A stretch of DNA of 64,000 bases, taken from the NCBI GenBank assembly GCA_001724265.1, contig MEDY01000097.1, positions 1 to 64,000 on the forward strand, written 5' to 3'. Each line of letters starts with the position of its first letter. Within the stretch, counting starts at the first letter, position 1. The stretch is from Rhizaria sp. SCN 62-66 (Eukaryota). The notes beneath the pieces were generated by a model. That model made no database searches. It was not told where the DNA came from and was given only the letters and a program-made list of their open reading frames with translations. A program made the translations under genes and the position numbers. This document shows positions 35,063-45,053 of this stretch, piece after piece.

Positions 35063-37990
35063 ATGCCCAAGCTTAGCGTTGTTCCCCTGCTTCTTCTGGC
35101 TGCTGGTACGTTTCTTTATTTAATTCATCTCGTCGTCTTCGTTTTCGTTGTGAATTTAGGCGTACAAAATCTCGTCGTCCATGCTTGCTGACACAGCGAG
35201 CCCCGATCTTGGTTTCGTCCGGATAAGGCCGTATTGCTCCACTCGAAACGGCATTTTGTTTCTTATTCTGAACATCGATCTACTTGTTATACGCCAAACT
35301 ATCACGTAATTTGTGCTGGCTATCGTTTATTAGCAGATTTTCATGACTGGACAGATTTTGCGGGATGCTGACCAAGCTCTCAAAGGGTTGCGAAGACATG
35401 AATCTTCCCTCTCTTCCTCTTCACCCTTGCTCCATCATTCACCATTTCTCACTTTAAACCTGCTATTTCCTTCTATATTCCTTCTTCTATTGCTCCCGCC
35501 TTTGCATCTACAGCGGCTGCCGCCCCCTATGGCGCTGTTGCTGAGGAGACCACCATCTCGGCGACTGCGACTGCGACTCCCGTCGTGGACGCTGCTGCCC
35601 CCGTGGCCGTCTCTACTTCCGACATCTTCACTCCCGAGCAGCGTGCCGAGATCGAGAAGACTGAGCAGAAGTACGAGTTCCAGGCCGAGGTGAACCGCAT
35701 GATGGACATCATCATCAACTCGCTCTACACCAACCGCGACATTTTCCTCCGCGAGCTCATCTCCAACGCCGCCGATGCGCTCGACAAGATCCGCTTCCTG
35801 TCCCTCACGGACAAGGCCGCTCTTGGCGAGGGCGACGTCGCCAACCTCGACATCAAGATCCGTTTCGACAAGGAGGCCAAGACGCTCACGATCACCGACA
35901 AGGGTGTGGGTATGTCCCGCGAGGAGCTGATGAAGCACCTCGGTGTCGTCGCCAAGTCTGGCACGACCGAGTTCGTCGAGGCCGCGGCCTCTGGCAAGGA
36001 CGCCCTGTCGCTCATCGGTCAGTTCGGTGTCGGTTTCTACTCGATCTACCTTGTCGCCGACAAGGTCACGGTCACCTCCAAGGCCAACGGCCACGACCAG
36101 TACGTGTGGGAGTCGACCGCCAACTCGGTCTACACCATCGCCAAGGACCCCCGCGGCGACACTCTGGGCCGCGGTACCGAGATCACGCTCCACCTCAAGG
36201 ACGACGCCAAGGAGTACGTCAACGAGCGCAAGCTCACCGACCTCGTCGGCAAGTATTCGCAGTTCATCAACTTCCCTATCTACGTCCAGGTCACCAAGAC
36301 CGTCGAGGTGGACGAGCCGCTGCCCGAGGAGGAGGCCGCTGAGGACGCCAACAAGGACAAGGACGACGTCGAGGTCGGCGAGGAGGAGGACGCCGGCAAG
36401 AAGTCGAGCGAACCCAAGACCCGCAAGGTCTCGAAGCAGGTCACCGAGGACAAGCGCATCAACTCCGTCAAGGCCATCTGGACGCGCGCGCCCGCGGACA
36501 TCGAGGAGAGCGAGTACACTGACTTCTACAAGACCCTCACCAAGGCCACTGACGAGCCCCTGGAGAAGCTGCACTTCACTGCCGAGGGTGACATCTCGTT
36601 CAAGTCGATCCTGTTCGTGCCCAAGACGGCCGATGCCGGTCTCTACGACAAGTATTACGAGAAGTCTCACTCTCTCAAGCTCTACGTGCGCCGCGTGCTC
36701 ATCTCGGACGAGTTCAAGGAGTTCCTCCCGCGCTACATCAACTTCGTCAAGGGCGTGGTCGACTCGGACGACCTGCCGCTCAACGTGAACCGTGAGACGC
36801 TGGCGCAGAACCGCGTGCTTAAGGTCATGAGCAAGAAGGTCACGCGCAAGGTGCTCGACATGCTCAAGAAGATGGCCGCGGACGAGAAGAAGGCGATCGA
36901 GATTGAGGAGGAGAAGAAGGAGGCCGCCGCCAACAAGGACAAGGACGGTGACGACGCCGACGCCGAGGAGGACAAGAAGGACGAGGACGAGGCCAAGTAC
37001 CTCAAGCTCTACACTCCTTTCTGGGAGCAGTATGGCCGCTCCATCAAGCTCGGCTACCTCGACGACCAGACGAACAAGAACCTGCTGATGAAGCTGCTCC
37101 GCTTCAAGTCCTCCACGAGCGAGGACAAGTGGGTGTCTCTCGAGGACTACGTTGACCGCATGGGCGACAAGCAGAAGACCATCTACTACATCACCGGCGA
37201 GTCTGAGGCGGCCGTCAAGGCGTCGCCGTTCCTCGAGCAGGCGATGAAGAAGAAGGTCGAGGTGCTGTACCTCACCGACCCCCTGGACGAGTACATTGTC
37301 CAGTCCCTCACCGAGTTCGACGGCACCCCGCTGCAGTCGCTCACCAAGGAGGGCGTCAAGTTCGGCGATGAGAAGAAGAACCTGCTCAAGAAGCTCGAGG
37401 ACGACTTCAAGCCCCTCACGCAGTGGCTCAAGAACGTCTACGGCTCCAAGGTCGAGAAGGTCTCGGTGTCGAACCGCCTTGCGCAGTCGCCCATGGTGCT
37501 CGTCACGTCCCAGTACGGCTGGTCCGCCAACATGGAGCGCATCATGAAGTCCCAGGCGCTCGGCGACAACCGCGCCGCGGCCGGTGGCGCACGCAAGCAG
37601 CTCGAGATCAACCCGTTCCACCCCATGGTCAAGGCGCTGCTCGAGCGCGTCGGCGAGGACGCCGAGGCGAGCGAGACCAAGGACCTGGCCGAGCTGCTCT
37701 ACGACGCCGCGCTGCTGCGCTCCGGCTTCGGCATGGAGGCGCCCGAGAAGTTCGCCCAGCGCGTGCACCGCATCGTCTCGTCGTCGCTCTCGGTCGCCGA
37801 GGACGCCGCCGTGGAGGAGGAGCCCGAGGAGGACATCGACGAGCCCGAGGCTGAGGACTCCTCTAGCTCCAGCTCCAGCTCCGACACCAGCAGCGGCGAC
37901 GGCTCCAACGTCTACACGATCCCGCCCGAGGACATCAAGATCTCGGCCACGCCCTCCGCGCCCGCCGATGAGGACAAGGACGAGCTCTAA
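35063..37990 (+). CDS. HSP90B1: Endoplasmin / GRP94 (ER HSP90)
   Basis: Model join(35063..35105,35514..37990). Exon 1 plus the exon 2 start encode signal peptide MPKLSVVPLLLLAAAAAAPYGAVA; phase-1 intron GTACGT...CTACAG. HSP90 motifs FQAEVNRMMDIIINSLY, FLRELISNAADALDKIR, IGQFGVGFYS, GVVDSDDLPLNV; C-terminal KDEL. Confidence 0.97.
35106..35513 (+). other. Spliceosomal intron (GRP94)
   Basis: GTACGT donor, long polypyrimidine tract, TACAG acceptor; joins the signal-peptide exon in frame. Confidence 0.88.
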
Positions 37991-38926
37991 GTAAGCTTTC
38001 AAAGATGAAGTTAAAGAGTGCTCCGTGTGGTGCTCTTTGTCCTCTATTAAAGCTCGCTTATCTTTTCCTGCAACTCTTTTCCCCTCTTGTCTTGCTATGT
38101 TCTAACTGTTTTGTGCCGTGTTCCTCTGATGCGTCTTGTCGACTTTGTGTTGTTTTTGTTCATCAATTTTTCCCCCCGATGCTGCTGAAGCGTGCGGTGG
38201 GTGCGTGTTTCTGTTGTCTGTTTGTGCTGGTGCTGGTGTCGCGACGACGACGACGGACGGTGTCTGCTGTAGCTGCTATGATGCGCGCAGCCCTGGCCGT
38301 CTGTTGCTGATGTTAGTGCCCGTTCTCAGTCTCATTGCATGTGATTGTACGCCTCAGTCCCAATCACTTTTGTCTCTTCGCGAATAATACTAATGCTTCT
38401 CCGAAATACGATTTATCATAATGAAATACCTTTATTACCTATAAATAAAAAAAGGATTCTTAACGTAAAACTCCCATATCAGTTTCAATTGCATCGTATT
38501 AATATCATATTGTTCAGCTTTTCCGCATCATGCTACTCTGCTCTTCGTGGTGACAGCGGTTGGTGGCGGACTGGGGGGGACTCGGTTGCACGCGAAGAGA
38601 AGATGGTCGGACCAAAGCCTTATTATCTCGACAAAATTAACGTCAACACTTGTGAAACTATGTTATTGATTAAAAACCTAGAGTTAAAATATTATATCCA
38701 AATAGAATTATCAAAGACGATGTAACTGTTTCGCAGTCCGTGTTTAAAGTTTCTAACGTATCCAACCCCGCTCTAACAGCTCTTTCCGGTCTCTCTCGGC
38801 TCCACAACATTTCCTTCTCATCCCATTGCATTATAAAGGTGATATTCCAGCTTTAAAGCTCCGCACCTTTACGGAAACTACATTCACACCGCGACACACG
38901 CAACAGGAGGCGTGATACCGAGCGCG

Positions 38927-41900
38927 ATGGCAACAATGGCTGCCGTTGAGTCATCATCGTAGTTCGTCAACATCCTCGGTGACTTCACCGAGGAGGAGAT
39001 CTTCTCACTGTTCTCCGACGATGATTTGAACATCTTCTCTCCTGAGCGCGCTGACGCGATTCGGCAGCAGCAGGGCGAGTACCTCACCCGCATCCGCGCC
39101 TACCTGGCAGACCCCGCTCTGAGCGACACGGGGGACGTGCTCCATGACGTATGGCAGCCCTACATCAACTGGGCGCGCGACGTCTTCGACTCCGACCTAC
39201 AGGAACCGCTTGTGAGCTTTGTGCTTAAGCGGTGCGTTGTGTGGCTGTTTAACGACCCGCGGTACTACAACTCTGTGCAGTTTCTCGACGTCATCATCAT
39301 CCTGATTGACATCATGCACGACCACACCGACCAGGTACGACTTCACTCACGCAGACAGCACGCATATCTGTATAGCTTCAGATTATTGTTAATTATAACG
39401 CGTCATATTGTGTTTCGCATAATGTATCATTTTCTCACTTGATTTCCACTTAATTTCGTCGTGTTACCCCGCTATTATTTCCACCATGCACAGGTCTCGA
39501 CGTTCCAGGCACTGGACAGCTGCCAGCGCTTTCAGTCCCTGGCCAAGTTCTACGAGGCCTACGCCACAGTACTTGAGCTCAACGGCTACATTGCTCCCGC
39601 GGCCGACATCCTCGCGCGCGCCTATCTGGCCCACGCCACGCCCGCGACGACCCTCGAGGCGACCTTGGACGCCGCGCGCATTAACGCGCCGGAGCTGTAC
39701 AACCTCGCACAGGAGGCCATCGCGCGCTACACCGCGGGGCAGGCCGCCGACCAGGCCGCCGACCAGGCCGCTGCCGACGCGGCCGCCGCGGAGGCCGAGG
39801 CGCAAGCGCAGGCTGCAGCAGCGCAGGAGCAGGAGCAGAAGCAAGCGCAGGACACCAAGCGTGGCACCAAGGTCGCCCGCACAGGCGCCACCGCCGCCGC
39901 GTCCTCCTCCGCCGCTGCCGCTGCCGCTGTCGCTGCCGCTGCCGCTACTGCTGCTTTGCACAGTGCGCCCGCGACAGCGCCTGCACCGATGGCCGCGGCG
40001 CCTCTGCCCGTGTACACGTTCTCGGCCGCGCACGGGCTGTACACGGCCGCAGACGGCTGCGTCGTCGGCTTCGTGCCAGCGCTGCTGTATCCCACGGCCG
40101 GCGGCGAGCGTTCGCTCGAGGAGGTGCGCGCGGCGTGGTATTTCGCGCGCAAACGCGCGGCCGCGGCCGCTGCAGCTGCGAAAGCCAGCGCTAACGCCGC
40201 TCCTGCTGCCCATGCTGCTAAAACCAATGATGGTGATGACGATGACGATGATGATGCGGCACCAGTCACGGCCCCCGTCTCCGTCCCCGCCACCGTCAAC
40301 AGGGCCACGCCCCTGCGCCCCTTTTACGCCGCAGCGGGCGCCGGCGCGGGCGCTGGCGTGCGCGGTCTGCTCACTCCCGGCGCCTCGACAGGGCTGCCCG
40401 CCGCGCGCACGCCGTTCCGCAAGCACACGCCGGTGCGCAGCGGGGCGCCTGCGCAGACCTCGGCCTTTGCGTCCGCGGTTACCGCCGCCCACGGCCACGG
40501 CCACGGCCACGGCAATGGCCACGGGCATGGGCATGGACATGGGCATGGACACGGCGGGGGCTCGCCGTCGGACATGACGCGCAATGTGCTGCAGCGGCTC
40601 GACCGCGTGTTCGGCAACGGGTCGGACTCGGACTCGGACGACGACGACAACAAACCCGCTGCCAAGCCCGCCGCCAAGCCCGCTACCAAGGCGTCCGCTG
40701 CGAAGACCAAGACTCCCGCGCCCGCGCCCGGGCCTGCGCCTGCGCCTGTGCCCGCGTCTGCGTCAGCCAAGGCCAAACAGACTGCATCCGCCGTGCCCAC
40801 GCCCGCGCCTGCCGCTGCGCCTGCCGCCGCGCCGGCGACTGCGACCGCGAAGCGCATGCCTTTCGGCGTCTCAGCCGCTGCCACGTCTGCTGCGATCGCA
40901 ACGGCGACTGCGTCAACGACGCCCGCGGCGCGTACTGCGTTCGGCCCCGTCGCGCCCGCGCCCGCGTCTGCGGCCGCTGTCCCCGCCTCTGCGGCGCCCG
41001 CGCGCAGCAACCCGTTTGGCGCCAGCTCCGCCGCGGCGGCCACGTCCGCGTCCGCGTCGACCTCGGCCGCGGCGTCGAACGCGCTGTACCTCAGCGGCGA
41101 CAGCGATACCACGGTCGCGCTGGGTTCGTCCTCGCTCTTCACGTCGTCGACTGCCGCGGCCGCTGCGCAGCAGCAGCAGTCGGCGACGGCGGTGGCTGAT
41201 GATGACGTGACGGGCGACGTCACGCGCATGTTCATGCAGCGCAATCAGGTGCGTATACTTAATACCGACAAACTTTAACTGCAGATTTGAGAGTTCTCTA
41301 CAATTCATCACGAATCTAAAGAAAACGCGCTTAATTTACATATTTTTGTTACATGTTATTACTTTTTTCTTTTAATATTGCACAATTTCTCACTTTGTGT
41401 TCCTATTTCAATTTCCTTGCTACGGTTTTTCTTTTCGCAGGCGCTCAAGGCCAAGAAGGCCGCCACGTCGATCGCCATCTTCGACGACGAGGATGACATC
41501 GGCGGCAGTAGCACCGGCGGCGGCGGTGGCGGCAGTGGCGCTGGCTTTGGCGCGCGTCCCGCAGGCTTCGGCGCCCCCGCTGGCGTAGGTTTCGGTGCTG
41601 CCGCTGGTTTCGGCGCCGCTCGCCCCGCAGGCTTCGGCGGCGGCGCTGCTGCAGGCTTCGGTGCCAAGCCGCAATCGTCGTCCGCCATCTACTGCGACGA
41701 CGACGACGACGACGACGGCGGCAACGCCGGCGCTGCCGCTCGCAGCAACACTGCGAGCGAGAGCAGTCACAGCGAAGCCCCCGTGCGCCGTCCGTTCGGC
41801 GCCGCTCCTGCGCTCGTGTCCGCCGCCGCGGCGGTTACGGGCACTGGACCCAGCCATCCCAGCTTTGAGCGCCGCAAGTCGCTGCGTCAGTCACTCAGCG

Positions 41901-42367
41901 CCATGGTTGCACGGCCCAGCGCTGCGTCGCTCGCGTTCAACTCATCATCGTCATCGTCATCGGCGTTATCAGCTTCGGCAGCGGCTGCGCAGCACAACGC
42001 GGCTGCCGCTGCCGCCGCTGCCGCCTCTGCTGCCGCGGCCGAGGACGACAACGCTAGCTTCCTGCGGCAGCTCGAGAAGGCCGCCGCCTCCGGCAGCGCT
42101 GGCACTGGCGCTGGTGCGGGAGGGGGAGCATCAGCCGACGAAGGGGATGACTGGCAGAACGAGGCGCTGGGGCTGGGGCTCGGCGCGCGGCGCAAGAGCC
42201 TGGCGTACCCGCTGCCGAACGACAAGATCAACCCGCGGCGCGGCTCGCTGCGCGCGGGAGCGCACTTGCCGCTGGAGACGAGGAAGCGCCGAACAAGCGT
42301 GATGCTTGGGCAGTCGGGCCTGCCGCCGGTGCAGCAGCAGGGGCCGGGACAGGGGCCCGGCAAGTGA
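38927..42367 (+). CDS. BUB1: Bub1/BubR1/Mad3-family spindle checkpoint protein (TPR + GLEBS, no kinase), with an in-frame TAG at codon 12
   Basis: Model join(38927..39334,39494..41248,41441..42367); both introns are phase 0 GT-AG. Mad3/Bub1 TPR region (GDVLHDVWQPYINWARDVF...VLKRCVVWLFNDPRYYNSVQFL; SLAKFYEAYATVLELNGYIAPAADIL) and GLEBS-like LLYPTAGGERSLEEVRAAWY (about 40082-40143). TAG at 38960-38962 is in frame with ATG 38927. Confidence 0.8.
39335..39493 (+). other. Spliceosomal intron (Bub1/Mad3-like gene, within the TPR region)
   Basis: CAG|GTACGA...GCACAG|GTC, AT-rich, phase 0, joins the two halves of the TPR region. Confidence 0.85.
41249..41440 (+). other. Spliceosomal intron (Bub1/Mad3-like gene, second)
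   Basis: CAG|GTGCGT...TTTTCGCAG|GCG, very AT-rich, phase 0. Confidence 0.85.
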
Positions 42368-43169
42368 GGCTGCCTGCGATGCGATGCAGCTAACTTATTG
42401 TTGACGATGAACGTGGATAACGTGTCATGTGTTGTTTTATGAAGCCGTGGTTCGACATGTTGTTGAAGTTGCTGGTCACGGAATGTGTTTGTGGTTCCTT
42501 GAGAGTATTTGCGATTTACGCATCAGTATTTGGGGCCTAATGTGTAAAAACGTAATATATATATTTTGGTACCAATGAATAAATGTACTATTTAGCATTC
42601 GACTTTACAAATAACCGTTTCATCAAGATATGCACTGCTTTATTGTATTTTCGAGTCGCTCGGTCAGCGAGCGAAGCGTCGCGAACTGCTCCTGCGTGAG
42701 CGACTTTGCTATTGAGTCGCTTTCTATGGACCTTCCGTCAACCAAATTGATAAGAGCAATACTGAACATTCCACTAATACTTATAACCTGTCACTTAGCG
42801 GTAGTCTATTTCACGTTGATTATAAGGCACACGAGTCATCTTCATCTTGACGACGAGCTCAACTGACGTGCTTGAAGTGTGCGCCTACTTTTCGGAAACG
42901 CCGGATATCTGGTCTCAATCAAGTCATGTGCAACCTATTCTACATTTTCGCATATTAAGCTAATGCGACGTATATGGATAGCTTGGTAGCATATCTAATT
43001 TAGCCTTTATTCACTCGTAGTGATACTACCTTAATCAGGATGACGCAACGAAGCCCTGACAGGCTCACTCTCTCATTATCGTCCACCCAGGCCCTTCACA
43101 TTTATTTCTAGCAATTATAACACTTACCTGTCCGTTACCCACACTGTTTTCCTTCCGATCTAGCTGACG

Positions 43170-44162
43170 ATGGCTGCTGCCGTTGCTGACTGTGGGTGCC
43201 AGGCGTGGCGCTTCAACCCCGACGTGGACGTCGACGACAAGTTCGCGCCGCACCAGTTCACCCCCAACGTACCCGTGTCGCACGCCGAGCTGGAGAAGCT
43301 TGGCGTGCTCTACTTCAAGATGGCGCAGCTCGACGCGGACCCCCAGCTGGAGGTGCTGAAGAAGGAGCGCGGCTACACCAACTTCGACGTTGTCAACATC
43401 ACCGCGGCGACTCCGGCGGAGAAGCTCGAGATCTTTTACGATGAGCACCTGCATGAGGACGAGGAGATCCGCCTCTGCCTCGCCGGCACCGGCTACTTTG
43501 ACGTTCGCAGCGCTGGTGACTCGTGGATCCGCATCAAGTGCAACCCCGGCGACCTGTTGATTCTCCCGGCCGGCATCTACCACCGCTTCACGCTTGACTC
43601 GTCCAAGAGCATCACCGCGATGCGCCTCTTCACCTCCGCGCCTAAGTGGATCGCGCTCTCCCGCCAGGAGACGGCGACGGATGCCGTGCCGTCCCGCGCC
43701 GAGTACACCGCCGCCGTGCGCGCCGCCACCACGGGCGCGGGCGAGCCCATCATCATCGACGACGGGCCGCAGGCGCTCGCTCATTACCCCCACGCGCGCA
43801 AGGCCGGCGGACTCATCTATCTCTCCGGCTTCTCCTCGCGCCGCCCCGACAACACGCACCGCGGCGCCGTGGCGCGCGCCGAGGCCGACGGCGGTGGCTT
43901 CGAGCTGGACGTGTTCGAGCAGACCTGCGGCGTGATTGAGAACATGCGCACCGTGCTTAAGGCCGCCGGCGCGGACCTCAGTCACCTGCTCGACATCACC
44001 GTGTTCCTGACCGACATGGCGCACTTCAAGCGGTACAACGAGGCGTACAACAAGTACTTCACGGCACAGACGGGCCCCACGCGCACCACGGTCGCCGTCA
44101 AGCAGTTGCCGCACCCCAACCTCCTCATTGAGATCAAGGGCGTCGCTGCTGAGAAGATCTAA
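43170..44162 (+). CDS. ADI1: Fusion: acireductone dioxygenase (ARD/ADI1 cupin) + Rid/YjgF-family deaminase (2-aminomuconate deaminase-like)
   Basis: Single uninterrupted 330-aa ORF. N-half has ARD metal motif FYDEHLHEDEEIR and PGDLLILPAGIYHRFTLD. C-half has AHYPHARKAGGLIYLSGFSSRRPDNT...YNEAYNKYF...GPTRTTVAVKQLPHPNLLIEIKGVA (Rid fold, catalytic Arg in PTRTT). Confidence 0.92.
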   Translation: MAAAVADCGCQAWRFNPDVDVDDKFAPHQFTPNVPVSHAELEKLGVLYFKMAQLDADPQLEVLKKERGYTNFDVVNITAATPAEKLEIFYDEHLHEDEEIRLCLAGTGYFDVRSAGDSWIRIKCNPGDLLILPAGIYHRFTLDSSKSITAMRLFTSAPKWIALSRQETATDAVPSRAEYTAAVRAATTGAGEPIIIDDGPQALAHYPHARKAGGLIYLSGFSSRRPDNTHRGAVARAEADGGGFELDVFEQTCGVIENMRTVLKAAGADLSHLLDITVFLTDMAHFKRYNEAYNKYFTAQTGPTRTTVAVKQLPHPNLLIEIKGVAAEKI

Positions 44163-45053
44163 AAGACTACGACGTTTCCAAAAACTACGTTGTATTTGTT
44201 TATTGTTGTATTCGGGCGTTGTATGCGCCACTTGGTACAGTGTGACTTAAAGCAAACTAATAATAAAAATATTGTTGTTTTCTTCTTCGAATAGTCATTT
44301 TTCTTGACATTTGTACATTTGTAAACTGTGTGTACCACCGTCCGTCTGGCGCAGTTTGCGATAGCTCTTTCGGTCCATTATCATTCCATCAACATGCGCG
44401 TTAAAGAAAAGTAGATTGTATTGTTTTTGTAATGTGACATCATGAATATAAGAAGTCAGTCGTAGCCAAGCTTGTTGTCGTTACGTTCCATTCAATGATG
44501 GCGCAATCTGTACGTAACGTGTAGGGACACTTGCTCAAATGATTGCAAATGCGTACAGCGTACAGTCTGTGCTTCATTTTAAATGACATTACTCTTAGTG
44601 CAAGCTCCAACAGCGTCACTTTAAGGTAATCTATCTTGACACGACACCACATTGCATCACCTAACATACCTGCACACATTGACCTAATGTCTCATGCACG
44701 CCCCAATCTCCATCTCAGTGTGCGCAGCCGCAGCCGCAGTCTCACGACACAAGGAAGGTGGCGGCGCCGCTGCTAGCTGCTGCGGCGAGGCCCCCCGCAC
44801 ACTCGCGGCGATGAGACTGGGGTCTGGGGAACGACGTGGAGGAAGACTGATAACGCACGGCAGCGCAACACAGCAGCGTGTTCCACTGGCCATATCCGTA
44901 TTTCATATTTGGTTTCATTTTCTGTTGATAATAAGATATTGTTTTCTAAAAATCGTCGTTATGCTTGGCGAATATTCCATCGTAAGCTCACCTAATCCCC
45001 GATGCAATCCTCGGTCACATGTCATTGCGTTCACTCAGTCTATACGCGCTCGT

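Noticed and set aside
35435-38002. 855-aa minus-strand ORF opposite GRP94, and similar long antisense ORFs at 9820-11001, 17998-19440, 43065-44231 and 51727-54024
   Set aside because: Expected by-product of strong GC3 codon bias, which removes antisense stop codons; the products are V/L/R/G-rich with no recognisable domains.
38541-38599. CTCTTCGTG...CGCGAAGAG stem enclosing about 40 nt upstream of the Bub1-like gene, considered as a tRNA or recoding element
   Set aside because: No cloverleaf or T-loop consensus; a 9-bp stem with a G-U pair can arise by chance, and it lies well upstream of the in-frame TAG.
38603-38962. ATG|GTCGGA at 38603 as an ATG-only exon spliced to the TAG at 38962
   Set aside because: The donor is unlike the others seen, the TAG lacks a pyrimidine tract, and a better acceptor (CAACAG, 38906) lies upstream and would give ATG GAG GCG TGA. 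Disfavoured but not excluded without RNA data.
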